DNA from: Vermamoeba vermiformis
Taxonomy: Eukaryota
Assembly: GCA_045837725.1 (NCBI GenBank)
Contig: JBEWZL010000238.1
Location: forward strand, 434,001 to 498,000
DNA length: 64,000 bases
Direction of reading: 5' to 3'
The notes under the pieces were generated by a model, which was not told the origin of the DNA, searched no databases, and worked only from the letters and a program-made list of their open reading frames with translations. Each line of letters begins with the position of its first letter. Within the stretch, counting starts at the first letter, position 1. Made by a program: the position numbers and the translations under genes. Below are positions 11,812 through 25,700 of the stretch, piece by piece.

Positions 11812-13303
11812 TTACGCTATAAGAAAGATCACTAATAGAACTAAGATGAATTCGTACTGCATTGCAATAGCGGTGCTGACTGCCGTAGGTGTTGAAGCAG
11901 CAGGACAAGTGACCGTAGCATTGCAATAGACCGCTGGCAAGAAGCTCTTAGTGACACTGACGTGTGCTTCAATAGCCTTGTTATTATTAACGAGACTAAA
12001 TCCTTTCATCGCTGCAACGACCTCGCTGCCACATTGAGGATTATTCAACGTGAAAATTTCTTCCACGGCAATGTCCGTACATTCACTGAATTCTTGATTT
12101 TTGCACGTGATGCTCGGAGGTTGGTAGAAACATTGTGGCGCAACATAAAATGTAATTGGAAAGCCAGTTGATTGATAGGCGCCAGTGACAGCTGTTACGA
12201 GCAAATCGTGGTCATTGAGGGCCATGCCAACTCCAAACAGTCCAGAGCTAGCTGTTAAATCAGCCATTGGTTCCCACATTCCATTGTCATTCTGAGTGAG
12301 CAACAGAATTTTTCCGCCGTCATACGACGATGTAGTGCCAATAGGATAGCCGGCATAAGCAGCTGAAATGAGTAGAGTTTTCGGGTCAGCAAAAATGACG
12401 TTGAATCCAAAAAAGGCAACTTCGCCATATCCAATGCTATCAGCAGTAAAAAGTTGAGTGTGCCACGTGCCATTAATTTTGGTGTAAATGTAGACAAAGC
12501 CTTGCGCATTCGAAGGAGGGATCGGGGTGAGCGGGAAAGAATAGACTAGCGTATCTACGCCATTATAGAACACACTGCCTATATCGAATGAGATGTTGAC
12601 TGGCACTGTGTCTTGGAGCTTGTAAGTCCGATCCGCTAGTCGTTCGTAGATCTGGATCTTGTAGTCACTCTGAACGGATGTGTCAACGATAACGAAGTGA
12701 GTGTCGCTTGCCCGAAATGAAGACAATGCTCCCTGCAACTTGATGTATCCGGTGGAGATTTGAGTGCCGGGGAGTGCGGTCCAATTGCTGCCAGATGCGT
12801 TGTATTCGTAAGCCTGGATGGTAAAATTTCCGTCTGGATTAACGTTAATTCCCACAAAAGTGTCATCGGAAAGAAAATTTCCAGCAAAGCAATCAATTGC
12901 CGACACGTTGGATATCTGGTTGGCAGCATCAATACTGAAAAGTGCTGGTGAGTTAGAGCCAAGAGCCGCGATCCATTTTCCATTTGTCGCGATAGATGTG
13001 GCCTCGGTGGAAAAATTAGCAGCGTGTTCGTAGACGCCTTCAGAGTTGCGGCGTCTAATGACCATATTAATAACACCGCCATTCAGACCAGATGTGTCCA
13101 TGTAAACGAGCAGATCTTTTTTAGACTCCAACGGCATGTGATAATTCGGCGTTTGGGCTATGACCGAAAGGCCTAGTGGTTGAAAGGAGTAGCTCTATAG
13201 AAGTTAATATGATTTAACGTTTGTAACTAGGTCGACTTACCGGTCGTTCACTGAACGCGACAACCGTGAGTAATGCAAGAATGGCCAATATAAGCTGTTT
13301 CAT
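11812..13303 (-). CDS. Secreted, probably GPI-anchored surface protein with a beta-rich (propeller-like) domain
   Basis: Signal peptide MKQLILAILALLTVVAFS (exon 1), one intron, FG-containing segments, Cys-containing C-terminal module, S/T/P linker and hydrophobic C-terminus. Confidence 0.7.
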
Positions 13304-13842
13304 GGTATTAGACGTGTGGTGCAGGAATGATTCAGTTTTGCGACTCAATGCCATCGCTTTTTACCTTTTTTTTTTTCAATGACGTTTGAGATCCGCAATC
13401 TCGTTGTGTGCTGATTGAAAAACAATGCGTTTCTTTCACATAAACTAATTTGATATAGCGTAACTTGCAATCTGAGTAGTAATCATGAAAACTTAGCTTC
13501 AACCGTTGAAATTTGGTAGAGACGACATCCGCTTGATAACGACTCGTCAAACTCATGCTTGTTTCACCTATAAGAATAATGTTGGTATGATATAATAATA
13601 TTAAAGCTTAAATCGAACCTTTGAAAATAATTCAGACGAATTCATTCGCCAGATGCAGTATCTCGGGCTTCTAATTCCGCACAACTCCGATCTGCTGAAC
13701 AAACGTTAAATTGTGATAAGCTCAGTCACTTCATTCAATATCTTAAATATGACGTCAGAAAAGATACTGCTAATCTGCTTAAAATAACGGTGTAAGTTTT
13801 ATTGATAAATGTAGGACCGATAAATCCTCGGATTAGATCGAA

Positions 13843-16579
13843 TTAAGCGTGCAAAATATCTTTTTGTAATTTGAGAAGAGCAGTTATTTCACTTTCTAAG
13901 CCAATAATTGTTTCCGTAATGAATTCTTTCACCAGATCTTTGAGTTCGGCATTAGAATCCGCTTTAAATGACACCCCAAATAATGCTTCAAACGTAAATA
14001 ATAATTCCTTAGATATGGCGTTCGTATCAACGTTACGCAAGAAATCCAATTTGATTTGCGGATCTACCAACTTGTCGTTAAAATTTTTCGCTTTTTTCAA
14101 AATCTCCAAATCTCCCGACTCCATAGTTAGCCCGGCCTTATATAGGCCATATAATATCGATTCGAAGTAGTCATGCCAATCAGGGTGTTCCCAAGGAGGA
14201 TAATCCGAAGTTGAAGATTTAGCGACATTAATCGCGCTTTGGATCTTGTGCGCTAATAAAATTGGTAATTCATTGACCATTGCCATTCTATTATGAAATA
14301 TTTGTTGCTGGTCAGGTGGAATTGAAGCGATTTTTTCAACCAACGCAACTTTCTCAGAAAATTTTTTGATCAGATCCACATCATTTCCATACACCACCTA
14401 CGTGCCTAATTACACCATATTATTATCATAATATTACTTACCGATGCTTCAATAACGTTCTTTTGCATGTCATTCAAACTCATTCTCATGCGCTGAATAA
14501 TGATCGTGTCGATAATTTGCATGCGTAGCCTGTAATGCAACGATTAACAATATGACACAACAAATATACTATGAAATAAATAACATACGTAAGATAGAAC
14601 ATGGCCTCTATTGAAATATCTTCTCGTGCTACTCCCGGCAATCGTTCATCGACGTACGATGTCGCCATTTGTTTCACCAAGTTCTGGCCGTGACCTGACA
14701 ACGAGCCCAAAAAAATCATTAATAATCCTCATAAATAGTATTCTTACGTTGAGTCCAATCAGCGAGAGCGAACAGACCATAAGTAGCTCCGACCTAATCA
14801 AAAAACTTTTAGTCCAACTACTTCGTTTGACTTTGCAATTTCTTACGTTGAATGCCTTCTCGGAAAGAAATTTCGTATCGCCGATCAAATCACATGTTAA
14901 TGCAGCAATTTCATCCATCATTATCGCATAAACGCTGTGCCAGAATTCAGGTCCGGACTCCTGTTCGAAAAAAGAGTCACGTACCGTCCACGAAAAAGTG
15001 AAAAATACTCACGCTACTCAAACTGCTGTACTGTTCTTTGACGTCTTTAGCTTGGGCTCTACGAAGATATTATCGCTGAGTGAAATTTCACTATTTTTTT
15101 CACTTACGAACTGAGTTTCTCGATGCCATTGACAATGTTCATTCTGTGCTCTAAATCTTGCAATATCTTTTGCTTGTCTTGTGGGACATTCGGTGCGAAT
15201 TTGCCGAACACTAACCACGCCAACGGACCCAACTCTTCGACATTTGACACTACGCCTTCAATCATCGTGCTGCACACAGTGACGTATCGCTCGTATTGTA
15301 ATTGCAATATTTCATTCTCAGGCGTTCTTGTCTGTTTGTATTGATTGCGCACCATAAATCGACCGGCGTACGTTTCTTCATTCGGCACAGACAACAAATG
15401 CTCTCTCACTGATAGAAATAATTAATACCAATCTATACGCAATTATAGTGCCTTACTTATCTCGTAGTAAACTTCGTTTAATCTAAATGTGTTTTTGATT
15501 TGATAATCTCGCACGTCGAATTTGAACGGAGCAGATCCAAAATTGACCTTCAACTCCACGGGTTGTACTATAGTTATAGCAGCATGCAAAGTTCTCAAAT
15601 TAAGTAATTTTGAAGAGGCTGGATTAAGGGCTGGGAAATTATGGAAATTCTTGGTCGTTTCAAGAAGGACTTTGCCATTACGGGTGAAAATTATCGCGGC
15701 CTTGTGAAAATTGATACCAAAACCAACTATGACCGCAAAATTAGCAAAATAATATTTTGTGAATAATGTGCCTACTAGTATCGCCCTTCTTAACAGCATC
15801 GAGCGGATTTGAATCCGGATGTGCGACACTTTCTAACCAGATCTCGCCCGTATTGCCGAATCCAAACGAATTTCTTCCAGTTCCGACATCGCTTTGATCA
15901 TTTTTCAATGCTCCGCCGATAATAAAATGTAGGCTATCTTAAGATAAGCAAAATATCGAAAAATTCGAATGCCCAAACCTGTCCTGGATCTCGCTCATTA
16001 TTTCTACTTCAAAATATGCCACTGAGCAGTTGCCTAATGGAATAGGATATAGAACACTCTCGCTTTGATACGTCTGCCAAAGGAGATTAGTAGGAGATAA
16101 TAAAATTGTTGGATGCGATCCGTACTTTACTTCCAACAGCGAAGTTGTACTGATTTTTGTTCGATATTGTATAGGACGGCTCGTTTTCATTGATCTTTAA
16201 AGAGTTTTGGTGTATTTTACGTTGAAAGAACGACGCTACACGAAACTCTTTTAACCAATTGCGATCTCGCTCTAGTGAATATTTAAAATTAGTTCAGTCG
16301 CGGGACATTTTCTTAAATTAATAGTACTACTTCTCTTTATTCAGAATGTTCTATTCGTTAATTATCTTATTTTATAATTAAAATTTTTAATTTGGATCCC
16401 TTACCAATAATGGCAAAATCATTCTTTTTCTTCAATAAACTCGTCCATATTTCTTTATTCGTATCGAAGAATTTTTTGAACTCGTGGCTCAAACTAACTA
16501 GATGTGTAATTGGGTTGATCGGTAGATCGTGCAACAGCTGAAGGAGAGCTTTTGTTGGCAGTTGTATTAAGCTCGCCAT
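13843..16579 (-). CDS. F-box-like plus SPRY/B30.2-domain protein, multi-exon
   Basis: N-terminus LIQLPTKALLQLL. SPRY motifs AYFEVEI, VGFGINF...IIFTRNG, VNFGSAPFKFD. Helical C-terminus. Confidence 0.75.
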
Positions 16580-17010
16580 GCCTTTGAACAAGTATACAGA
16601 TCAATGTGCTGCCTGATCGAGCGCAACGCAACAAAATAACACTGTTTGTTGTGAATTTTAATGCTCGTTCTCGAGTAACACCACGCCACCGTTTATATTA
16701 ATCTTGCTGAAACGAGAGTGGTTTTTAATGCTTCGCGCAGAATCTTATCTTTTGGCGCCGAAATCTAAAATCTGAGACGTACTTCTCATCCAAAATGCGG
16801 TAAGCATTAAATTTGGGCAAAAATTTGATTAAATTTATTAATGAATATTCGCGCAAATTGCGTGCTACTTTTAGGAAGGCGAGGGAAATCACATTCTAAT
16901 AATTTTCTGACGCACAAGGGGACGTGTCCCTTGTTCTGTTCCTCCAAAACAGTTATTTATTAAGTTTTTTTAACATTAGGAGTAATTGGTACCATTTCAG
17001 CGTCTAATTA

Positions 17011-19032
17011 ATGAAGAGAAGTCGATCCGACACAGAAATGGATTTGGCTGAGGGCTCTCCAGCCCTGAAGAAGGCGAAAACACTTGACGACTCGCAGCCT
17101 TCAAGTAACGTATCAATTAACGTTGATAATATCCCTGCTGAAATATGGCGTGAGGTGGCTCGGCATTGCGCTGATCCAGATACGATGTCAAGTAAGAACA
17201 ATTACAGAATCAAGAATTTTTCTACCCAATATTTGCTTTAATAACAATTAATACGCATTATCAACCATTATTAACATTCCATAGACAATGGAGGCTATTT
17301 TGCAACGTTTCCGTTACTTACGACGTGCAAGGCTATTTCAAAAGCCGTAGCAGATCTGCCTCTATGGAGATTCTTACGGGAACTCAAGAAAGTACCGATT
17401 TCTGACGAAGAATGGACTGTCAAAAACGGATTCGCTGATTTTCAGTGGAACACCCGCGTCGTCTACGGGAAAACGTTTCTTCGCATGCTGAATACGATTT
17501 CAACGCACTTGAAACAACGAAGTGTTGAGAATGTAATCAAAGAGCATCGTAAAAAGATTCCAGCGGTAAGTCAATATAATTTCCTTTTAAGGAAGATCCG
17601 TGCACGTGGATCCCTTCTAAACTCGTATTTAGCTCAAAACAATTGAGGACTTCGTTGTCTTCGAGTCGTACTTGAATGTAAACCCAGCCGGCATCACTGA
17701 TTGTTACGACGAGTTCTACGCCAACGCCCGTATTGTCTCGGCTCTATTTACGCTTAATTTTTCGGCTCTTGAAAGCGTTAAATTGTATTTTTATGGCCAT
17801 TCTGCAGAAGAGTGCAATGCGCTAAAGATTGCGGTTGTGGAGACTTCGCACGAACTTAGGAGCCTCAAGAATATGGACCTTGACGCACTACTTAAATTTA
17901 TTGCCAAGAAACTGAAAATGAAGCTCGATCTGTTCCAGAACTTCTTCTTTACGCAGATCTTGGAATTTTCTCCAGACGAAGCTGAATCGAGTAAATGGCT
18001 GTCAGTAGCATTGGGACCACTTTTTAATGATATAGAATCCGAGCATCATAAGTTAGCCGCTGACGAAAAGCCACATCCCGCCGAATCCGTTTTGGTCGAG
18101 GTTTTGGATCAGCTACAGGAGCCTACGCTCCATCGAAACATGCCTGCTATGAATTTGGTCAACGCCATATTAAGGTAAGCTCTTATTCCTTGCATAATTA
18201 TAGTACTTTGGAAGTTAATGGCATTATTCAGATCGAGCTACAAAATTGGAGCAAAACGATATGCGCAGTGGTTTATCGAGGACAATCAGCTGGAGGATCT
18301 ATTGCCGCCAAATTTCTTAGACACACTCTCGTGGAGCTTTATTGAGTGGCGCATAGAGAGCGTTGCCGTCTTCAGTATTCGCACCAAAGGTTTTAATTAA
18401 CATGCACCTCATATTATATTCTTGTATACTTACACATTCTATTAGATTCAGGATTACTTACTTTCAGGCTCGAATCTGGTCTTGATGGATTCTGGATCGG
18501 AGTTGAAATGGGCGGTAATACGTTTGACCTTGTATTCATAAAAAATCATACTTACTTTACTAATTAGATCGAATTGCCACTGCTCGCATCATTCCTTATG
18601 AAAAAAACCCTCATATTATCGAATACGAAGGACGGCCGGCTAGAATTGACTCTATTCAAGCTCAGTGCGGATGTGAAAAATTGTACGTCGGTAGATGGCT
18701 AGTGATAATGCCTAATCTTCGATTAACTTAATTTACTTAATGTCAATAGATCCCGTGACATGTTTTTGGCGCTCTTGTACGCCATTAGCAACCTAGATCC
18801 AAAACAGCCAATTTACATCGACCGCGCCTGCAGCACCCCGTTAGAACTCGTCAGAATGACTGTGCTAAATAATGAAGATGACGGTACTAGTTGTTCAGAA
18901 GACGACAGTGATAGTGAGGATAGTGAAGGTAGCAACGAAGAAATGGACTTGAACGACGAATTGAAAGATCTGAAAGACGACGCTGATAAACACAACGAAG
19001 ACGCTGCTGTACAACTCAATAGCGAACAATAA
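17011..19032 (+). CDS. F-box-like protein with acidic C-terminal tail, multi-exon
   Basis: NIPAEIWREVA...LLTTCKAISK (F-box-like), N-terminal basic NLS-like KKAK, D/E-rich tail. Confidence 0.6.
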
Positions 19033-19100
19033 ATCAAACACCTTTTTGTCAGTACAACACGCTATTTCTTTTGTTATTTGACAACTATTTGTTCATAAAA

Positions 19101-21752
19101 CTATCTACATGCAGCGTTACAATGAACTACCGTTTGATTTGAAATAGGACAAACGAAGCTATTACTGCTCGCATCACAAATCTCGGGCCATGCATCGACG
19201 TCGTTATGTGATAACCCAGTCAATTGGTTCGAAGAGACATTGAGGTAACGGAGATTAGTCCAATGTTCGAGCGTCAGTTCTAACACGCCGACAAAGTTGT
19301 TCGACGAGATCTGCAAGTAATTCAAACCGCTTCCAAAGTCTGTTATCATCCTCAAATCTCCGTGAAAGTTGTTGTGCTCGATATTTAGGTACTGCAAGTA
19401 TATGCTGAGCATCGGCAATAATCCTTCTAACTCGTTGAAACTTAGATCCAGCGCACGTAACCAGAAAAGTTGACTTGCATCGGGTATCGAGCCAGTAAGT
19501 TGATTATGCGAGATGTTCAACAAAATGAGCTGCGCACTGCCTTCTAATGTCGGAATAATACCCGTGAATTCGTTGTAACTCAGATCCAGCTCCTGCACTG
19601 AGTGAAGATTGACTAATGTGCTCGGAATAGTGCCATTCAACTTGTTATGTGCCAGTGATAGCTGCACCAAGGCCTTTTGGTAGCCAAGCAAGGGTGGTAT
19701 CGTACCTTCTAGTAAGTTACGTGCCAAATTAAGCCGGAATGGTGCCATTAATGAAATTGTCATTGAGTATTAACTCCAAATAGGGCCCCAAGCTGCCTAC
19801 GCTCTCAGGAATCGTTCCTACCAAGGAGTTGTTGCTCAAGTCAATTCTGATCTTGCTTGTCGAGCACGTGACGCCATACCATGTGCAGTAGAGCCTATTT
19901 TTGCGAAGCCAATTGTCTGACCTCCTCCAATAAGGTCCATTTGTAGCATTATATAACTCTATGAGAATATTTCGGGTCTTTAAATCTTCATCGGCTGTGG
20001 GTGGCTGCGGATCGTCTGACGGCGACGGTGTTGGAGTCGGTGTAGTATCTTCGCTATCAGCCTTATGATTGTAAACGAATACTAGGACCCCAATAGTAGC
20101 CGCTATTAGCAATGCTAGAACGACCAGTGACCCAAAAAGCACTTTTTTGAGTTTCGAATGTCGCTGGGAACCGGAACTTTTGGTCGATTTTTCTACATTC
20201 TTTGGCCTTGAAACGGTCTCTCGTTTGATAAACTGTTCATAGAGCATATCTACTGTTTGTTGCAACCTGTCAGTCTTCAAGCTGACATTTCTGATGTCGT
20301 TAAAGTTGGCTCGAACAGACTCGCTCAGGTATGGTATCAAGGCTTCATAATCCACGTGCAATATGCCTAGCATCCTTATTAATTACTCAATACACCATAA
20401 TGTAAATATAGAGGCTTACCATCGATGAGCTGAACAGCCTCAGGCACGATACTTTCGACTTGTTGCGCAATGTATCCAACGAATCTTCGGTTAGTTGCAG
20501 CTTTAACGCCAGGTTTGAAGTTATACTCAACTCCGTCTATTTGAAGAATAGCTTCGCGACAGTCACGATCTAGAACATTCGAGACTTGTGAGTGGATTTG
20601 AAGGTGACTTAAAGTCGAGAATATTTGACACGTGTCAATTTCGCTTTCTAACTCAACCATCTTGCAATATTACATAGAAAGCGGTGTATGTATCTTAGGG
20701 GACTTACCCTCGGAAAGCAATCGAACGTTCTCTTTGATATTGATATCTGAGGCTTTGTAGAAGTTCAGCGCTCTAAAATTTCCTACTACTTCGGCGTTTC
20801 CGTTGTAAAGTACCATATATGATTCATTTCTATCGAAAGAATATGTTAATTAACATATTGTGTACAAACTCGAAGAATCAACTGGTTGATCTGTAGCGAT
20901 TATTTCACAAACTGTGATCTTTCGCTCCTTACCGATTATTATTAGATATTTGATAATTAGTTGGGCTTTCTATGGAGCCAGAGTCTGAATAGATCTGCAT
21001 TTGATTGGATCCGGATTCGTCTTCGGGACTGTAGTCGTCAGTTTCATGGTTATAGCTCGAGGAATAATCGTTGCTATTATTATTACTATCACTGCCTCGA
21101 TGGAACACACGGGAATTGTCGTAAAATCTTTCAGGCGAATAATCTTGTGGCTGGCTTGGTAGAGTCCAGCTTATTGTTATCAGCTCTAAAAATTTATATC
21201 GATTAGGCGAAAATTACTATGCATTTATAAACTCTATTGTAACTGCGAATTAAAAATATTTGTGCAGATGGAGCAAATATCGTTAAAATTACCTTCATCT
21301 TCTGCAACGCCATCCTCTTTGCCTCTTCGCTTGGGAAGTACTTTAAATACGTCCGAAAATCCTTCTTGAATGAAATTGCCATTCGTATCTAAGCATACAA
21401 CTTTGATTCTCGCGTTCTGGCTCTCGATCTTTCTGAAATCGAAGACTTTATGTTGCAATTTAATTTTAATCACTATCCCGTGAATAAAATGCGACTCTTT
21501 ATCGTGGTGGAACTGAAGCGGTGCACGTTTGCCCCATTCAAAACAGTTAGCAGCAGATTCTGTGATCCCACCGCCATTGGCCTCGTTTGATAATAATCGT
21601 ACGTGGTATTGATACGTTTCATTATTATTTGTATTGGATAAAGTAAATCCGAAGGCTAATGATCCATCTGGAAATGGCGTTGCTCGAAGTTCTGTTGTTG
21701 TGACGGCAGGAATGTAAAGACTAAATATTTTACGAATCCTTAAAGTCTGCAT
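19101..21752 (-). CDS. MYRF/MrfA-like protein: beta-rich N-terminal domain, peptidase S74 autocleaving chaperone, coiled coil, TM helix and LRR ectodomain (frameshift at ~19730)
   Basis: Five exons splice in frame: ...GNAEVVGNFRALNFYKASDINIKENV...GVEYNFK...VGYIAQQVESIVPEAV...LHVDYEALIPYL; TM VLFGSLVVLALLIAATIGVLVFVY; LRRNT LYNATNG..W...CTWYGVTC; LxLxxNxLxGxIP repeats. Confidence 0.85.
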
Positions 21753-22734
21753 CGTTGCGCTTCATCTTGGCAAGTTAATTAATTATTCTGTTTTGTCAAA
21801 GTGTCACAAGCGATTTTGCCCTCTTAGGCAATTAAAAGACATAAACTTACTTACTTTTCAATCCAATTCTAATATCCACCAAACAGGACACTAATTTAGC
21901 GATTGCTACATTCGTAGTTGTTAGTGTAAGGTCGGTGAATTGCAGATGTCACACGGATGCTGTGTCGCCGGTTCCGATTCGATCTGCCTTGCTCGTTGTT
22001 ACTACGAATCCAAATGACTCACTATGGTGCAAAGGAGAAGGGGGAGTGCTCGTCGATGCATTTTAAATCAGTAATTGTATTTCTCTGAACGCAGCACAAA
22101 ACAAACAATGAAGGAAGTAACTCTAAAAATACACGCTTCACGTAAGCTTTGTTGTATTTGTTCGTGACGAAGCTGACATGGCGTATTGTTCCGAATTCGC
22201 AATGTTACCGTTTTTGCCCGGGCAAGAGCAGATTTGAGGTAAATAGCGCTATTTTACATCAAAAAATACTTAACAATTCGACCAATCTATTTATGATGCC
22301 TCCTATTGTTCTCAAACGTCTAGCTCTTAAAGATTAAACTTTTGGAATTTTCTCATCTCATCGTGGGTAACCCGAGAACGGTGAGAGAGAAGACCTTATC
22401 TTACGACGAGATTGCATCACAAAAATTATCCGAGATTAAATATACTCACAAATTGACACTAGGGCTGCTGGTCGCAGATGTTGGACTTGCTGGTCACGGA
22501 TACCTTTTTCTCCCTCTTCATGTCTGCACCGTGGCAGGTGAAGTAAACGTAAATTCAATTTGCAATTACTTCACGATTTAAAATGAGCTTGGCTTTCGCC
22601 TTATTTAGTAAAAGAGGGAGTGGAATAATTGACCCTGCACGTGATCCCACAAAACCGACCATTATTAAATGTCAAAATCGCGGTTTTTTATCTTATTAAA
22701 ATTCTTTCAACATCAACACGACGCCACAAGTGCG

Positions 22735-25700
22735 ATGCGGTTCTACTTTGCGTTGCTCCTGGTGATCCTCGGGCTTACCTGCGTCCAGGGTCAGATCCAA
22801 TACGGCAACTATGTCAACACAACTTACGCTAATGGAATCAGCTGGTCGATGTGCTCTGCTAACCGTAAGTCGCTATCTCACTTAATTTTCACTAGGATCT
22901 CACATTAGTTCACTACAGAGCGATCTGCAGTAAATATCTCGGCTGTTTACCCCAACCCCGCCGTAACTTCAGATTTCATTTCGACGATCCGCGCATTATT
23001 TCCTGAGGGTCAGAAGCCGAACCCTTTAATCATCAACACTAACACTGACGTGTACTTGCAAACTACAAGCGACAACACTGTTTTCAACTTGACTTACATC
23101 TTGTCAATTTGCGGTAACAAAAATTCGTTCGGATACTTCATCTACAACCAAACGAGCAAAGGCATTGCTGCGCCTGGTCCCATCTTGCTCTACAACTTGT
23201 TAAAGGACGTGCAACCCGTCTATGGACCCACTGGCTGCATGAACGCCGGCTACACAATGACGCTGGGCCCGTTCCCTGCAAACACTATCATCGGATTTTA
23301 CATTCTGGTAAACGCTTGGACTTCTACAACTACCCCCGTAAACACCGCTACTACGAGCATCTTATATAGCATGACTACATCTGCAATCAAGAACTATGAC
23401 GGCTACAAGCATACCTCTTGGGCAATGTTTGGAGATCGAGTCGTTTTCGGTTTTGAAGATAGCAGTCTCGGAGACTCAGATTACGTAAGTACTACTTTGA
23501 CCACCTGCTATCCATCGATACTAATTATTACAGAATGATGTCATGTTCTTCTTCAACATGGTTAGCGGATCTTTCAATTCAACTCCCGTGCCTCCCGTAG
23601 TGAACGGAACCGTGCAGGGCTGCTTGGATAGTGCTCTGCTCACTACTGCTACTAGCAGCTGCTACCAATATGCTCTCCTCGAAGCATCAGGATCTCAAGG
23701 TACGAGATAAATAATCTGAGTTCACAACCAAATCAGGCGAATTGATCCGGTTTAATTTATGAAATTCTAATTTGTAACCCAATTTTAGCTTGTGCCTCGT
23801 TTATTCGCCTTCCTTCTGGCTACAGTATCGCACCAGTAACTAGTACCGTCCTCACCGATCTCGCTAGCATTGGTGTTGGCAAGTTTTCGTGGAGCGGCAC
23901 GACATCCACCTCGTACCTGATTCTAGCGAATGGAAACTGTTACTTGCCGTCAGGAGCTGCTTGTCCCACACCAACTGTTGGCCTCAATACCTTTTCTCAA
24001 GATAGCACCTGCTACGCTCCTCAATCAACCTCTCCTTGCAATTACCGAATCTTGCTTCGATCGAACTACCAAACTGCTGGCTGCACTGGCTTTGAGAACA
24101 AAGTCTGCGATCCTAACGGAAAGTCATTCATTCTCACTAGAAACCCCACTTCCATCACTACTAGTGCAGTTTTGGATCCCACAAGTTACACCGTTTACTT
24201 GTCCAACACCATCTCTTCTCCTCTCTTGCTTCCGTTCTCTATCACCAACGTTGCTAACTCTGCTCGTCGCCTCGACTTGTTCGTTGCGTTCGATACCGGA
24301 GGTCTTTCCTCATCGGATTGGAACTCATTGAAGTACGTGCCAACGATCTAGATCTTGAAAAATCAATAATTAACCAAAAATATTTAGGACTGAGTTTAAT
24401 ACTCTTGTCAGCCTTGCTGCTCCAACTTACTCGACCATTCAAGTCGGTTACGCGATTATTCGCGCTACTTCAACAGATTTGGTTTCGCTTACAACGGATC
24501 GAACTAGTGTTGTTAACCAGCTCAACAGCGCTAGCTTGGGATCAACCACAGTAGCTCCTGTACTCCCTTCGTTGACTACTGTCATCAACACCGCTACTAT
24601 TGGATGGAGAGGAAACCTTTCTCCGAACGTTCAAGCACTTTCCGTGGTTGTTCTCGTCACTCGTAATGCTGTCTCGTCGACTGGTGCATCTAACTTCGTG
24701 CTTGCTGTCTCGAGCAACAACGTCGTGCCCTTGGCAGTGTCTGTCACTGGTACCACTTCCAGCTGGACTGCATTGAACTTGCCCTTCGGCAACATTGCGG
24801 AGTCGTCCACCTTCCCTAGCTTTGCCAACAAGGCCTATTCTTTGATCAACTCCGCTGCTGCTAGCGCATCAATCTCGGCATCTAACCCGAGTTTGACTTC
24901 TTTGGCTAGCCAAATGACTATCACGCCCACGACTGGTGTCAATTGGTTGAACGTCTCGTTGAACTACCCTCTTGGCTTGGCTCCCACTGCCTCTCCTATG
25001 GTCTTCCCTTACACTATCTGGGGCTATGGTACTGCTAAGGTCAACGTCATTGTTAACAGCCCTCCTGCTATTCAATCCGCTACCTTCACTACCAACCAAG
25101 ACACCGCACTTTCATTCTCACTCGCCAACGCCATCACTGATGCCGACTCGAACACATTGACCGTCAAGTTCACTTCGTTGAATCCTAACGTTACTATTAC
25201 CACTGGAGGAACTGCTGTCACTGTCGGCACTTACTATGCGGTCTCAACGACCTTCAGCATCGTCAACGTTGTTGGTTATTCTGGATCTGTTACTATCGGT
25301 ATCACTGCTAATGACGGCTGCGCAACCACCGATGGCTCGATCCAATTCACTATTGTGCACGTGAACCAACCTCCCACCGTTCAAAGCTTCACTATCACGA
25401 TGAACAGAGACGAATCAAACGCCACTCTCCGAACCATTGATTTCTCCAAGTACGTCACTGATTCGGACAGCCCTACACCTCAAGTGTACATTTCAACTTT
25501 ACCTTCGTCAACTGCTGGCAAGTTGTACGGTGGTGCTTCATTCGGTACTCAATTGTCGGCTGGTGCTTCTGCCTTGAACAATCAAGTCTTGTTCAATCCG
25601 ACTTTGTACTACTACGGCAATACTACTTTCAACTTCTATGCTCAAGACACTGGTTTGCTTCAGTCGTCAATCGGCACTGTGACCATTGTCGTTAACTACG

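Noticed and set aside
19729-20830. S74 domain as evidence of a prophage or viral tail-fibre insertion
   Set aside because: It is split by spliceosomal introns and embedded in a MYRF-like eukaryotic architecture; no other viral genes nearby.
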